A DNA stretch of 64,000 nt from an uncultured Gemmatimonadales bacterium (GCA_963716255.1 OY970303.1:3776001-3840000), one strand, 5' to 3'; counted from the first letter of the stretch, positions 1 through 9,582 are shown. Notes: generated from the letters alone by a model not told the origin. Made by a program: numbers and translations.

Positions 1-1470
1 CTCCGCCTCCTTTGCCTCGGTGATGTCGCGCACCACCGCGATCAGCCGCCCGTCGCCCAGGGGGAGCACACGCCCCTCGAAGTCGCGCGTCCCCACGTCC
101 AGCGGCAGCGCGTACTCCATGCACACCAGCTCCCCGGTGCGCCGCACCTCCTCCAGCACCTCCTCCACCCGCGCACCCACCTCCGGCGGGAGCACGTCCT
201 GCATCCGCCGCCCCAGGAACTCCTCCGGGGGCGCCGCCAGCACGCCGGATCCGGCGCGGAAGTCCTCGATGACGCCGTCGCCGTGCATGCGGAAGTACAG
301 GTCCGGGAGCGCCTGGAAGATCCCCTCCAGCTCCTGCGTGCGGTCCACCAGCTCCTGCTTCGCGGCCTCGTGCTCCGCGACCTCCTCCTCCAGCGCCTCG
401 TTGGTGGCCGCCAGCTCCGCGGTGCGCTCGGCGACGCGCGCCTCCAGCTCCTCGTTCTGGCGGCGCAGCAGCTCCTCGGCCCGCTTGCGGTCGGCGATGT
501 CGCGCGCGGTGGCCAGGACGCGGTCCTGCCCGCCGATGCCCACCCGGCGCAGCTGCACCTCGCCCCACACCGGCGACCCGTCCCTGTGGCGCCCCAGCCA
601 CTCGAAGCGCTGCGGCTCCCCCGCCGCCGCCCGCAGGAGGAACGCGCGCCCCTCCGCGCCGGTGAAGGGGGGCTCCCCCCAACTCAGCCCCGCCACCCCC
701 AGCACCCGCGTCTCGTCGGCCGTGTAGCCGTACATCTCGCAGGCGCGCTGGTTCACGTCCAGGAAGGCGCCCGTTTCCAGGTCGTGCACCCAGATGGCGT
801 CCGAGGAGCCGTCGAAGATGGTGCGGTAGCTTGCCTCCGAGGCGCGCAGCGCCTCCTCCGCCACGCGGCGCGCGGTGACGTCGCGCGAGGTGCCCACCAT
901 GCGAAGCGGCGCCCCGGACTCGTCCGGGAGCAGCTGCCCCAGCGCGTGCAGCCGGCGCACGGCGCCGTCCGGCCGGACGATGCGGTACTCGAAGGAGAAG
1001 GCCTCCCCGGTGGCCAGCAGCCGCTCGCACTCGCCCACCACCCGGCCGCGGTCCTCGGGGTGCACCGCCGCCACGAACGTCTCGAAGTCGCGCGGCGCCG
1101 TGACCTCGTCCAGCCCGTGGATGCGAAGCTGCTCCGCCGACCAGGAGATGCGGTTGGTGGCGACCTCCCAGCTCCAGCTCCCCAGCTGGGCCAGCTTCTC
1201 CGTCTGCTCCACCTGCCGCTCGCGCTCGCGCAGCGCCCGCTCCGCGCGCAGCCGCGCCTCGCGCTCCCCCGCCAGCGCGGCGGCGAGCGGCCCGGCGTCG
1301 GGATCGGCGGACGGCGCGAAGGCGGCGGCGTCGGCGCGCAGGGCGCGCGCGCCCGCCTCCAGCACGGCGCGGAGGGCGTCGTCGGGCTCCAGCGCGGCGG
1401 CGCGCGCGAGCTCCCGCAGCGCGCGGTCGAGCGCCTGCGCCGGGGTGTCGGGGGAGGACTGCGTCGGCAT
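1..1470 (-). CDS. Multi-PAS sensor protein, probably a histidine kinase (partial; runs off left edge)
   Basis: Manual translation from ATG 1470: MPTQSSPD...LAQLGSWSWEVATNRISWS...VHPEDR...FEYRIVRPDG...RDVTARR, two further PAS domains and a coiled coil (NEELEARVAERTAEL); no stop before base 1. Confidence 0.85.
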   Translation of the reverse strand, partial: MPTQSSPDTPAQALDRALRELARAAALEPDDALRAVLEAGARALRADAAAFAPSADPDAGPLAAALAGEREARLRAERALRERERQVEQTEKLAQLGSWSWEVATNRISWSAEQLRIHGLDEVTAPRDFETFVAAVHPEDRGRVVGECERLLATGEAFSFEYRIVRPDGAVRRLHALGQLLPDESGAPLRMVGTSRDVTARRVAEEALRASEASYRTIFDGSSDAIWVHDLETGAFLDVNQRACEMYGYTADETRVLGVAGLSWGEPPFTGAEGRAFLLRAAAGEPQRFEWLGRHRDGSPVWGEVQLRRVGIGGQDRVLATARDIADRKRAEELLRRQNEELEARVAERTAELAATNEALEEEVAEHEAAKQELVDRTQELEGIFQALPDLYFRMHGDGVIEDFRAGSGVLAAPPEEFLGRRMQDVLPPEVGARVEEVLEEVRRTGELVCMEYALPLDVGTRDFEGRVLPLGDGRLIAVVRDITEAKEAE

Positions 1471-1823
1471 GGTGCGGCGGGGGTGAGGCAGGTTCCCTGG
1501 AGGCGGGCCGCGCGGCGGGCGTTGCACCCGTTCGGCGGCTCCCGGGACGAAGCTACCCTTGCGCGCGACGGCGAACAAGAAGCGCGCGAGGGGTCCAAAA
1601 AGCAGGCCGCCCCGCGCCCGGTGCAGACAGGACGCGGGACGCGGGACGCGGGATCGTCGCCATCTATCGTCGACCTCCACCCTCACTCACCCGCGGACGA
1701 GTCTACGGGCCCCCGGGTGGCGCGGCATGGGTCGTCCGACCCATTTCGTTCGGAAGCATGAACTCGAAGAAACCCCGCTCCGGGGAATGGGAAGCTCGTC
1801 GAGGCATGACAGGCGGGTACACG

Positions 1824-1856
1824 CTGGCCCCGCACCTCTGAGAGGTGCGGGGCCAG
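1824..1856 (-). terminator. GC-rich hairpin downstream of Cys-rich peptide gene 1
   Basis: ctggccccgcacctct-g-agaggtgcggggccag perfect inverted repeat. Confidence 0.7.
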
Positions 1857-1873
1857 GCTGCCGGAGGCAGCGC

Positions 1874-2080
1874 TCAGCAGGCAGGACAGGGCTGCGTCAA
1901 CCGGACGCATGTCTCAGAGCCGTCCTCGCAGACGCAGAGCGTTTCGAGAGGCCTACAGTTCAGGCTGGAGACCGTGTTACCCTGCGGCTCTGCGAGGGCC
2001 TGGGTGGCTCCGAAACCGAATACGATCGCGCAAGAGACGCCGAACAGCGCCCGGCGCAGGTGGATGAACGAACGGCTCAT
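1874..2080 (-). CDS. Small secreted Cys-rich peptide 1 (68 aa)
   Basis: GGAGGACGCT RBS then MSRSFIHLRRALFGVSCAIVFGFGATQALA|EPQGNTVSSLNCRPLETLCVCEDGSETCVRLTQPCPAC; leader homologous to 9019..9246. Confidence 0.8.
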   Translation of the reverse strand: MSRSFIHLRRALFGVSCAIVFGFGATQALAEPQGNTVSSLNCRPLETLCVCEDGSETCVRLTQPCPAC

Positions 2081-2138
2081 AGCGTCCTCCGGTGAAGCAG
2101 TGGACCCGTATTCGCCGCGGGCGTGCGACGATGTAAGC

Positions 2139-2167
2139 ATGTTATAAGACAATTAATGGGAATGCAA
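2139..2167 (-). promoter_or_regulatory. sigma70-like promoter of peptide 1
   Basis: Minus strand TTGCAT-N17-TAACAT in an AT-rich patch. Confidence 0.55.
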
Positions 2168-2300
2168 CGATCCTGGGTAGCTTCCCGCATGGCCGGGCGG
2201 CCTCAGTCGTCTTCACGTCCACGGTGGAGGGAAACAGTGAAGGCCGGCCCCGCCGTGGGGCCGGCCCTCTGCGTCGCCTGCCGTTCCCGTGGCCAGCCGT

Positions 2301-3830
2301 TCAGCCGGCACCGGGGAGCGGGGCGAGCCGGGTCTCGCGGACCTCTGCGAGCTTCAGGCGGAGACGCGCGTACTCGGCCTCCTGCTCGGGGGTGCGCGCG
2401 ATGCCCTCCCAGGCGAGGTTGGTTGCCTCCAGCGGGCGGGCGTGCAGGTCGTACATCTCCCACTGGCTGGGGACCTGGCCGTCCGCGTCGTAGTACTCGG
2501 CCAGCTTCCAGCGCTCCTCGCGGATGGCGACGATGTGGTTGGGAGGCGGCAGGTACGGGCCCGACGCCTGTCCCGCCTGCCAGTCGTCCCAGGTGAAGAC
2601 CACGTAGCGCTGGGGCGCCTTCGCCTCCGCCGGATCCAGCACGGCGTCGGAGTAGTCCACGCCCTGCCACGGGGCGCGGGCGGCGTCCGGCGCGCCGAAG
2701 AGGCCGGCGAGCGTGGGGAGGAAGTCCACGTGGGAGACGAGCGCGTCGGAATGGCGGGGCGCCGGGAAGAGGCGCGGGTTGGAGTAGACCAGCGGCACCC
2801 GCAGCGACTCCTCGTAGAAGTTGAAGTTCTTCTGCCGCAGCCCGCCGTGCGCCAGCCCCATCTCGCCGTGGTCGGCGGTGCGGATCACCACCGTGTCGTC
2901 CAGCAGCCCCTCCGCCTCCAGCGCGTCCAGGACGTCCACCAGGTAGCGGTCCGAGGCCTTCATCAGGTTGCCGTAGAAGTTCAGGTAGTTCCTCTGCTTC
3001 TCCGGCGTGTCCAGCGGCCCGGTGGCGCCGAACAGCTTGAGGAACTGCCCCTGCACGCTGGGCTTGGTGGCGAGGTCCTCGTCCACCGTGTCCGGGAGCC
3101 CGACGTCGCCCTCCAGCCACGAATCGTCGTAGCCCGCGTCCAGGTAGGTCTTGGGGTAGAAGAGGACGTCGTGCGGGTTCACGAGCGAGACCACCAGGAA
3201 GAAGGGCTGCTGCCGTGCCGCCTCCGAGCGCAGGTAGGCGAGCGCCCCTTCCTCGCCGGCGTCCACGTCGCCGTCCGCGTTCATGAAGCGTCCGTCGTTG
3301 TCCGGGTCGCCCCCGCCGGCCTCGGGGATGTCCTGGTTGGCCCCCGCGTCCTGCGGGTTCCAGCGCGTGAAACCGTACTGCCCCACGTCCGAGGGAACCC
3401 AGGTGCTGCCGTCGGCGGGTTTGTTCAGGTGCCACTTCCCCTTGTAGACCGCCTCGTAGCCCGCCGCCGACATCACCGTGGCGAGGTTGGGAAGGTCCAG
3501 CGGCATCTCCACCTGGTCGTACTTGGCGGGATCGTCCATGTCCAGCTCCAGCGTGTACTTGACCCCGTGCTGGGCGGGAAAGTAGCCGGTCATCATGGTG
3601 GTGCGGGCCGGAGAGCACATGCACGAGTTGGTGAACGCGTTCCGGAAGGTCACGCCGTGGCGCTGCAGGCGGGTGAGGCCGGGGAGGTTCTTCTCGGCCC
3701 ACCCCGGCGGGAAGTGCTGGATCGCCCGCTCCTGGTCCGTCACGAACAGCACCACGTTCATCCCGGCTATGCTTCGGGCGGCGGGTCCTTCGTGCGGGGC
3801 GGAGCCACCGCGGTCGTTCGGCTGGGACAT
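2301..3830 (-). CDS. Sulfatase (Cys-type formylglycine enzyme)
   Basis: CSPAR signature (CMCSPARTTMMTG), GKWHL, NPHD, TADHGEM motifs. Confidence 0.92.
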   Translation of the reverse strand: MSQPNDRGGSAPHEGPAARSIAGMNVVLFVTDQERAIQHFPPGWAEKNLPGLTRLQRHGVTFRNAFTNSCMCSPARTTMMTGYFPAQHGVKYTLELDMDDPAKYDQVEMPLDLPNLATVMSAAGYEAVYKGKWHLNKPADGSTWVPSDVGQYGFTRWNPQDAGANQDIPEAGGGDPDNDGRFMNADGDVDAGEEGALAYLRSEAARQQPFFLVVSLVNPHDVLFYPKTYLDAGYDDSWLEGDVGLPDTVDEDLATKPSVQGQFLKLFGATGPLDTPEKQRNYLNFYGNLMKASDRYLVDVLDALEAEGLLDDTVVIRTADHGEMGLAHGGLRQKNFNFYEESLRVPLVYSNPRLFPAPRHSDALVSHVDFLPTLAGLFGAPDAARAPWQGVDYSDAVLDPAEAKAPQRYVVFTWDDWQAGQASGPYLPPPNHIVAIREERWKLAEYYDADGQVPSQWEMYDLHARPLEATNLAWEGIARTPEQEAEYARLRLKLAEVRETRLAPLPGAG

Positions 3831-4003
3831 GGTTTCCTCTCCGGCGGGCGTTTGGGAAGGGGACTGCGAAAAGGATCGGCGCTTCGGTGCCCCATGATGG
3901 CCGCTACCGGCACGACGGGCAAGGATGGATCGGCCGGCGGGAAAAACGAAGGGCCGGCCCCGCGGCGGGGCCGGCCCTGGTCGCCTGGTGCGGCGGGCGC
4001 AGT

Positions 4004-4699
4004 CTACGGCTGCGGCTGCACCTGGTCGATGAACACTTCCAGGTTGTGGTTCACCCGGAAGCCGGCGACGCCATCGGTGGACAGCTCGCTCCTGGGGCGG
4101 CGGGCCACCTCCTGCCCGTTCACCAAGAACACCACGTCTGCGCCCCGCACGGCCACGCCCAGCACGTTCGCCGCGCCGGCCTCGCCCTCCACCTTGCGGA
4201 TGGCGGCGTGCGGGGTCCAGTCCACCACCTTGGTGCGCACCTCGCCCCTGCGGTCGGCGATGAAGTACTCGCCCGTCTGGCGGACCAGGAAGTACGAGTA
4301 GCGCTGCTCCGCGCCGTCCAGCCCGCTCCCGCCGATCACCAGGCCGTACGCCTCCGGGTGCTGCGAGGCCCTGGGCTGGCGGAAGCGCGCGGCGTAGGCG
4401 TAGTCACCGGACTTCGCCCAGCCGGCGTTGTAGTACACGGCGCCCACGGGGCCGGTGGCGGCGTGCAGCTCGGTGCCGTGGTCCATCAGCCACACCTGGT
4501 CGCGCGGGGCGTCGCGGTCGGTCCGGACCGCCCACCCGGCGGGGTACCGCGTGTGGTCGGGGGCCTGCGACGAAGCGGGCTGGCCCTGCACGTGCGGGGT
4601 CGGCTGGCCCTGCTGCTGCGCGGGAGTGGCGTGCTGGTGCTGGGCCGCCAGCGGGGCGGCGGCGGCGAGCGCGGCGAGCGCGAGGAGGAGCGTACGCAT
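4004..4699 (-). CDS. Secreted beta-sandwich protein (DUF1080/ConA-like, tentative)
   Basis: Signal peptide MRTLLLALAALAAAAPLAAQ, Gln/His-rich linker, NVLGVAVRGADVVFLVNG..GVAGFRV. Confidence 0.7.
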   Translation of the reverse strand: MRTLLLALAALAAAAPLAAQHQHATPAQQQGQPTPHVQGQPASSQAPDHTRYPAGWAVRTDRDAPRDQVWLMDHGTELHAATGPVGAVYYNAGWAKSGDYAYAARFRQPRASQHPEAYGLVIGGSGLDGAEQRYSYFLVRQTGEYFIADRRGEVRTKVVDWTPHAAIRKVEGEAGAANVLGVAVRGADVVFLVNGQEVARRPRSELSTDGVAGFRVNHNLEVFIDQVQPQP

Positions 4700-4810
4700 G
4701 GCGGCTGGTCCGGGATGGAGGGGTCGGTGAGCGCGCGGGGCACGGCGGCGGGTCCGCGAGGGGACCAAGATAATCTCCCCCGCGGCGCGGTGCACGGGTC
4801 CCGGCGCGCG

Positions 4811-5068
4811 CTACCGCTCCAGCACCACGTGGTAGGTGCGCTCGGCGAAGGGGTGGATCTCCACCCCCGTCCACCCCCGGGCGCGGTAGCGGGCGCGCAG
4901 CTCCAGAATCATCTCGTATGTGAGCGTCTCGGGGACCGAGAGCCAGTGCACGATGCGTCCCGGCGCCGTCCCCGGCTCGCCGATCCGCTGGTTCAGGATC
5001 GTTTCGAACTGGTCGCAGACGCTGCGGTCCGCGGGGGTGAGCTCGGCGAGCTCGCTGAGGTACGGCAT
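4811..5068 (-). CDS. Hypothetical protein (85 aa)
   Basis: GGAGGAG RBS, normal amino-acid composition. Confidence 0.65.
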   Translation of the reverse strand: MPYLSELAELTPADRSVCDQFETILNQRIGEPGTAPGRIVHWLSVPETLTYEMILELRARYRARGWTGVEIHPFAERTYHVVLER

Positions 5069-5150
5069 GGTCGTGTCTCCTCCGGGGGCGTCTCGGGTGA
5101 CCGTGACCGCCCCGTCTTTGCAGGAAGCCGGCCAGCCGGACGCGCCCCCC

Positions 5151-6443
5151 CTACTGGATGCGGCGCAGCCCGCGCAGCTGGGGGACGCGCCACGCCATCA
5201 CCGCCACCACCAGCAGCGTCATCACCCCGCCGAACACCACCGAGGGGACCGTCCCCATCAGCCGCGCCGCCACCCCGGACTCGAACTGCCCGATCTCGTT
5301 GGACGAGCCGATGAAGATGCTGTTCACCGACGACACGCGCCCCAGCAGGTGGTCCGGGGTGAGCACGGTGAGCAGGGTGGAGCGGATCACCACGCTTACG
5401 TTGTCCACCATCCCGCTGAGCGCCAGCAGCCCCAGCGAAAGCGCGAAGCTGCGCGACAGCCCGAAACCGATCATGCACGCCCCGAACACCGCCACGCACG
5501 CCAGCAGGGTGCGCCCGGCGCGCCGCATGGGCGGACGGTGCGCCAGGAACACCGACATGGCCACCGCCCCCACCGCCGGCGCGGCGCGCAGCAGCCCCAG
5601 CCCCTGCGGCCCCACGTGCAGCACCTCGGACGCGAACACCGGCAGCAGCGCCACCGCCCCGCCGAAGAGCACCGAGAACATGTCCAGCGTCAGCGCCGCC
5701 AGCAGCACCGGCTGCCCCCGCAGGAAGCGGATCCCCACCGTGAGGTTCTCCCCCACGGACACGGCCGGGCCGGCCTCGCGCGGCCTGGGCTCGTGGAGCA
5801 CCTTCGCCAGCGCCGCGAGCGCCACGGCCATCAGCGCCACGTCCACCGCGTAGGCCAGCCGCGCCCCTCCCGCCGCATACAGCAGCCCGCCGGCCGCCGG
5901 CCCCACCACAGCCGCCGTCTGCCACACCGAGCTGCGCCACGCCACCGCGTTGGGATACAGCTCGCGCGGGACGATCTCCGCCCCCAGCGCCGTGCGCGCC
6001 GGCTGGAGGAAGCTGCGGGCGATGCCGCTGGCGAAGATCACCGCGTAGATGGGCCACACGCGGCCGCCGGCGATCAGGTGCGGGCTCAGCGAAAAGGCCA
6101 GCAGCGCCACGGAGCACGCCGCGAGCACCGCCAGCGAGGCAAGGCACAGGACACGGCGGTCGGCGCGGTCGGCCACGTGCCCGGCGTACAGCGCCACCCC
6201 GATGAAGGGGAGCACCTCCGCCAGCCCGATCAGCCCCAGCGCCAGCGGGTCGCCGGTCTGCTCGTACACCTGCCAGCCCACCACCAGCCCCTGCACCTGC
6301 ACCCCGAAGGTGGCCGCGAGCAGGCTGGCGATGTACCAGCGGAAGGCGGGGAAGCGGAAGGAGGCGTAGGAGTCGTGGCGCGCGCCGCCCGCGTCGGGAT
6401 CGTCCGGGCTTCCCGCGGGCCGGGGTGTGGTGGGGTCGGGCAT
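5151..6443 (-). CDS. MFS transporter (MFS_3-like)
   Basis: About 12 hydrophobic segments, GHVADRADRR motif A, TPDHLLGRVSS. Confidence 0.9.
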   Translation of the reverse strand: MPDPTTPRPAGSPDDPDAGGARHDSYASFRFPAFRWYIASLLAATFGVQVQGLVVGWQVYEQTGDPLALGLIGLAEVLPFIGVALYAGHVADRADRRVLCLASLAVLAACSVALLAFSLSPHLIAGGRVWPIYAVIFASGIARSFLQPARTALGAEIVPRELYPNAVAWRSSVWQTAAVVGPAAGGLLYAAGGARLAYAVDVALMAVALAALAKVLHEPRPREAGPAVSVGENLTVGIRFLRGQPVLLAALTLDMFSVLFGGAVALLPVFASEVLHVGPQGLGLLRAAPAVGAVAMSVFLAHRPPMRRAGRTLLACVAVFGACMIGFGLSRSFALSLGLLALSGMVDNVSVVIRSTLLTVLTPDHLLGRVSSVNSIFIGSSNEIGQFESGVAARLMGTVPSVVFGGVMTLLVVAVMAWRVPQLRGLRRIQ

Positions 6444-6615
6444 GCTTCCGGTTGTGGTGAGTTCCCGCCGGCGCGCGGAACCGCCGCCGTGCGGCCGCAA
6501 ATCTCGCCGCGCGGCGGGGGTCCTGTCCATCCGTCCCCGGAGCGGAACTCGCAGCCCCGCGGGCCTTTCCCGCCCGCAGGGCGGCCGTACCGGCCCTTCA
6601 CGCGAGGCGATCGGG

Positions 6616-6939
6616 ATGACGACGAGCGGAGGCCGCGGCCTGCGGGTCCTGGTGTTCGGCGCGTCGCTGCGGCGGCTGGAGGCGGCGGACGCGCTCGTGG
6701 TCTGCCCGCAGGGGGCGAGCGGGGCCGTGGGCGGCGATCCTGCGGCGATCCTGCGGCGGGCCGAGGAGGGTCCGCCGACCAAGGACGCAGTCCAGCCTCC
6801 CGAACCTGATCCGGTAGCGGGAGCGGAGTCGATTTTCTTGCGGGAAACGGGGAACCGGGCACACATTGCGGCGGAGTGCGTGTGGTCGGGCCCCTGCGTC
6901 GCAAATTCGTCACACAAAGGGGGCCTGCGGTCGCCGTAA
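6616..6939 (+). pseudogene. Probable remnant of NADPH-dependent FMN reductase
   Basis: MTTSGGRGLRVLVFGASLRR followed immediately by LEAADALVVCP, two motifs normally about 50 aa apart; tail then loses similarity. Confidence 0.4.
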
Positions 6940-7056
6940 AGAAGGCTGCTGCGGGATCGGTGTCGAAAAGGCTTCCTGATGGATCGTCGGGGCCACTTAC
7001 CCTCCCCGGTGAAATCGGCCTCGTCTCTGCCGACAATGATTCACGACGGCGCACCC

Positions 7057-7833
7057 ATGATCCTTCCCATAGCTACCCGCCGCGTGCTTTCCGTTGCAGC
7101 GTTGGCAGTCGCACTGGCTGTCGTGGTTGTTCTCATCCGGTATGGTTATCGGCTCGCCTGGACAGGGCTTCCTGCATACACCAGCTCATCGGGCCAGGTC
7201 GTACCTGCAAAAACCCTCTGGGATTGGCTCGATCTGCTGATTGTTCCGTTGTTCCTGGCGATTGCTGCTTACCTGCTGGATGGATCGCGCAAGCGATCCG
7301 ACCAGCGGGTCGAAAGTGACCGGCAGAGGCAAAAGGTGCTCGAAGATTATTTCGCCTGCCTTACGGATCTCCTGCTGGAGCGCAAGCTGGCGACTCCGGT
7401 CGCAGACAATACCGTGGCAAGCATTGCTCGTACGCGAACCGTTGCCGCGCTGCGAATTCTCGACGGGCGAAGAAAGGCTCAACTCCTCCAGTTCATCTAC
7501 GAGGCCGGTCTCATCGGCCAGCCTCCCATCATCCAGCTGAACGGGGCCGATCTGTCGGCGGCAGACCTGACGGAGGCAACTCTGAGGGAATGTGAACTTC
7601 GCGGGGTTCACTTCCAGAATGCCGTCTTCAGAAACGCAGATCTCAGTCATGCCGACCTGCGAGGATCGGACTTTTCAGGAGCCGATCTGACGAATGCACA
7701 GCTACGGAACACGAACCTCGCGCAAGCGAACTTCCAAAAGGCGAATCTATCCGACGCCGACTTGAGCGGTGCGGCTGTGGAGGATGTCGATTTCCCCGAT
7801 GTGAGTGGTCCACCCATGCACTTCACGAAATAG
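7057..7833 (+). CDS. Membrane-anchored pentapeptide repeat protein
   Basis: Two TM segments, KTLWDWLDLLIVP, then A(D/N)Lxx repeats; lower GC; start could be 7036. Confidence 0.85.
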   Translation: MILPIATRRVLSVAALAVALAVVVVLIRYGYRLAWTGLPAYTSSSGQVVPAKTLWDWLDLLIVPLFLAIAAYLLDGSRKRSDQRVESDRQRQKVLEDYFACLTDLLLERKLATPVADNTVASIARTRTVAALRILDGRRKAQLLQFIYEAGLIGQPPIIQLNGADLSAADLTEATLRECELRGVHFQNAVFRNADLSHADLRGSDFSGADLTNAQLRNTNLAQANFQKANLSDADLSGAAVEDVDFPDVSGPPMHFTK

Positions 7834-7858
7834 CTCATCCCCCGAAAAGAGGTGCACG

Positions 7859-8044
7859 ATGGCCGAAGAAATGTGTACTCGGTGCCATGGGACCGGAGAC
7901 GTGCCGTGTCAGGGCTGTAGCGGCTCCGGCAAGGTGGAGGGGAGCCGCGAGTGGAAACAGGTAAACCCCTGGTCGTCGTGTGCGTCGTGCCACGGGAGAG
8001 GCACGGTTTCCTGCCGTAAGTGTGGGGGTAGTGGCAAGACATAG
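7859..8044 (+). CDS. Stand-alone DnaJ-type zinc-finger protein (61 aa)
   Basis: Four CxxCxGxG motifs (CTRCHGTG, CQGCSGSG, CASCHGRG, CRKCGGSG); GAGGTG RBS. Confidence 0.8.
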   Translation: MAEEMCTRCHGTGDVPCQGCSGSGKVEGSREWKQVNPWSSCASCHGRGTVSCRKCGGSGKT

Positions 8045-8566
8045 CGCGCATTGGCCTGAGGAGAAACTGCAGGGACGCGAGGCAGCTTCACGCTGCCCAT
8101 TCGATCCAGGCTTTCCGTCCCACGTGCAGCTTGTCTCTCGGGCATTGACCGAACAGAATGGTACCGGTTCTTCCAAGGGGTTCGGCCCGTGACCGGATGA
8201 ACCCGTCCGTGCTCCACGCGCGTCGTTTCGTCGACCCCCCCTGCCCGAGGCTACCCCCCGCGCGCCGCCGCTCCCGCCCGCTCCTCGCCCCGGTCGTGTG
8301 CCGCCTGCTCCTCGCCTGCTCGGACGACCTCCTCCCGCTGACTGGGCCTGCCCTCGCTGCGGCGGGGCGTGCCCAGCGCCATCGCCCGCATTTCCGAGGA
8401 CAGCGCCGCCGCCGGTCACCCGGTCGTCGCAGCGGGAAAGCGACGCCGCCGCGCTCCGTATTTTCGAGTGGGAGGCGCGGCGCGCCGTGTGCGGATAGGT
8501 TCGTCCGCCGCCGGGCAGCGAGCGCGCCGGCGATCCGACCCCCATCCATCTCCATGAAGGCAACTC

Positions 8567-8914
8567 ATGCGGATCGTTCCTGATCAGCTGCACGGGACGG
8601 AGCGCGTCTTCTTCGCCACGGCGCAGGCGGTCGTCTGCGTGCTGGCCCTGTACCTGGCCTACGTCGCCGCCAGCTTCCTCGCCGTGGAAGCGATGAGCCC
8701 CGGCCAGCTGAACGACCACGGTGTGAAGCTGGCGTTCTCGCTCATGCTGGCGTTCAGCCTGATCGTCGCCGCCGGGACCGCCTTCCTGGCCTGGACGTTC
8801 GCCCGGGGCGCCAAGATCGGCGTCACCCGGCGCGAAGGCGTGGCCCTGCGGGTGGCCGTCGCGCTCGCCGTGCTGGGGAGCGCGAGCGCATCCCTCTACT
8901 ACTTCCTGCGCTAG
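8567..8914 (+). CDS. Small membrane protein (3 TM)
   Basis: Three hydrophobic helices, GC3-biased codons. Confidence 0.7.
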   Translation: MRIVPDQLHGTERVFFATAQAVVCVLALYLAYVAASFLAVEAMSPGQLNDHGVKLAFSLMLAFSLIVAAGTAFLAWTFARGAKIGVTRREGVALRVAVALAVLGSASASLYYFLR

Positions 8915-8934
8915 CCAGGCGAAAGCGGCGTGGG

Positions 8935-8963
8935 TTGACCTAGCAAAAAGAGGCGTGTATCAT
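8935..8963 (+). promoter_or_regulatory. sigma70-like promoter of peptide 2
   Basis: TTGACC-N17-TATCAT, near consensus. Confidence 0.7.
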
Positions 8964-9018
8964 GCGCTGGCGCTCCGACGGAGCGCACGCGGACAAAACC
9001 CTCTTTCCAGGAGGACGT

Positions 9019-9246
9019 ATGCGCCTTTCGTTTTCGCACCTGCGCCGGGGGATCCTCGGCCTGGCGTTCGCGGGCTCCCTCGGCTTCGGCGCCGCCCAGG
9101 CGGTCGCGAGCGAGGGCTCCTGGCCGCTCCCGCGGACCTGCCCCCCCAGGTCTTACGAGTACGTCACCCCGGATTGCAACGCCTACTGCAACGGACCCGG
9201 GTTCTGCGCCACCAACGGCTACTGCCATTGCGGCCCCCTCCCCTGA
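9019..9246 (+). CDS. Small secreted Cys-rich, defensin-like peptide 2 (75 aa)
   Basis: AGGAGGACGT RBS; MRLSFSHLRRGILGLAFAGSLGFGAAQAVA|SEGSWPLPRTCPPRSYEYVTPDCNAYCNGPGFCATNGYCHCGPLP. Confidence 0.85.
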   Translation: MRLSFSHLRRGILGLAFAGSLGFGAAQAVASEGSWPLPRTCPPRSYEYVTPDCNAYCNGPGFCATNGYCHCGPLP

Positions 9247-9268
9247 AGAGGGAGGCCGCCGCAGCGAA

Positions 9269-9304
9269 TCGGCCCCGGCGCCTCGATCGAGGCGCCGGGG
9301 CCGA
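9269..9304. terminator. Perfect 36-bp palindrome between convergent genes
   Basis: tcggccccggcgcctcga|tcgaggcgccggggccga. Confidence 0.75.
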
Positions 9305-9327
9305 CGTCGTTCCGGGCCGCGGCGCGC

Positions 9328-9582
9328 CTACTCCTCCATCCCCCGCAGCGGCGCCGCTCCGGTCTCCGTCATCAGCACCTCCACCTCCGAGCGCACGGAG
9401 TTGAGGATGCGCTTCGCGGCGAGGACGTGCGTGCACCCCTCGCGGTACAGGGCGAGCTGGTCCTCCAGGTCCACGTCGTCGCGGTCCAGCTCGCGGCGGA
9501 TCTCTTCCAGCCGGGCGAGCAGCACCCCGAGGCGCGGCTCGGCGGACGCTTCGGCGGGGGACGGGGCAGAGGTACGGGCCAT
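9328..9582 (-). CDS. xseB: Exodeoxyribonuclease VII small subunit
   Basis: LARLEEIRRELDRDDVDLEDQLALYREG..; directly downstream of xseA. Confidence 0.9.
   Translation of the reverse strand: MARTSAPSPAEASAEPRLGVLLARLEEIRRELDRDDVDLEDQLALYREGCTHVLAAKRILNSVRSEVEVLMTETGAAPLRGMEE

Noticed and set aside
8198..8360. Lipoprotein-like signal fragment (LLLACSDD) at the right edge of the low-GC islet
   Set aside because: No convincing RBS or continuing domain; too weak to call
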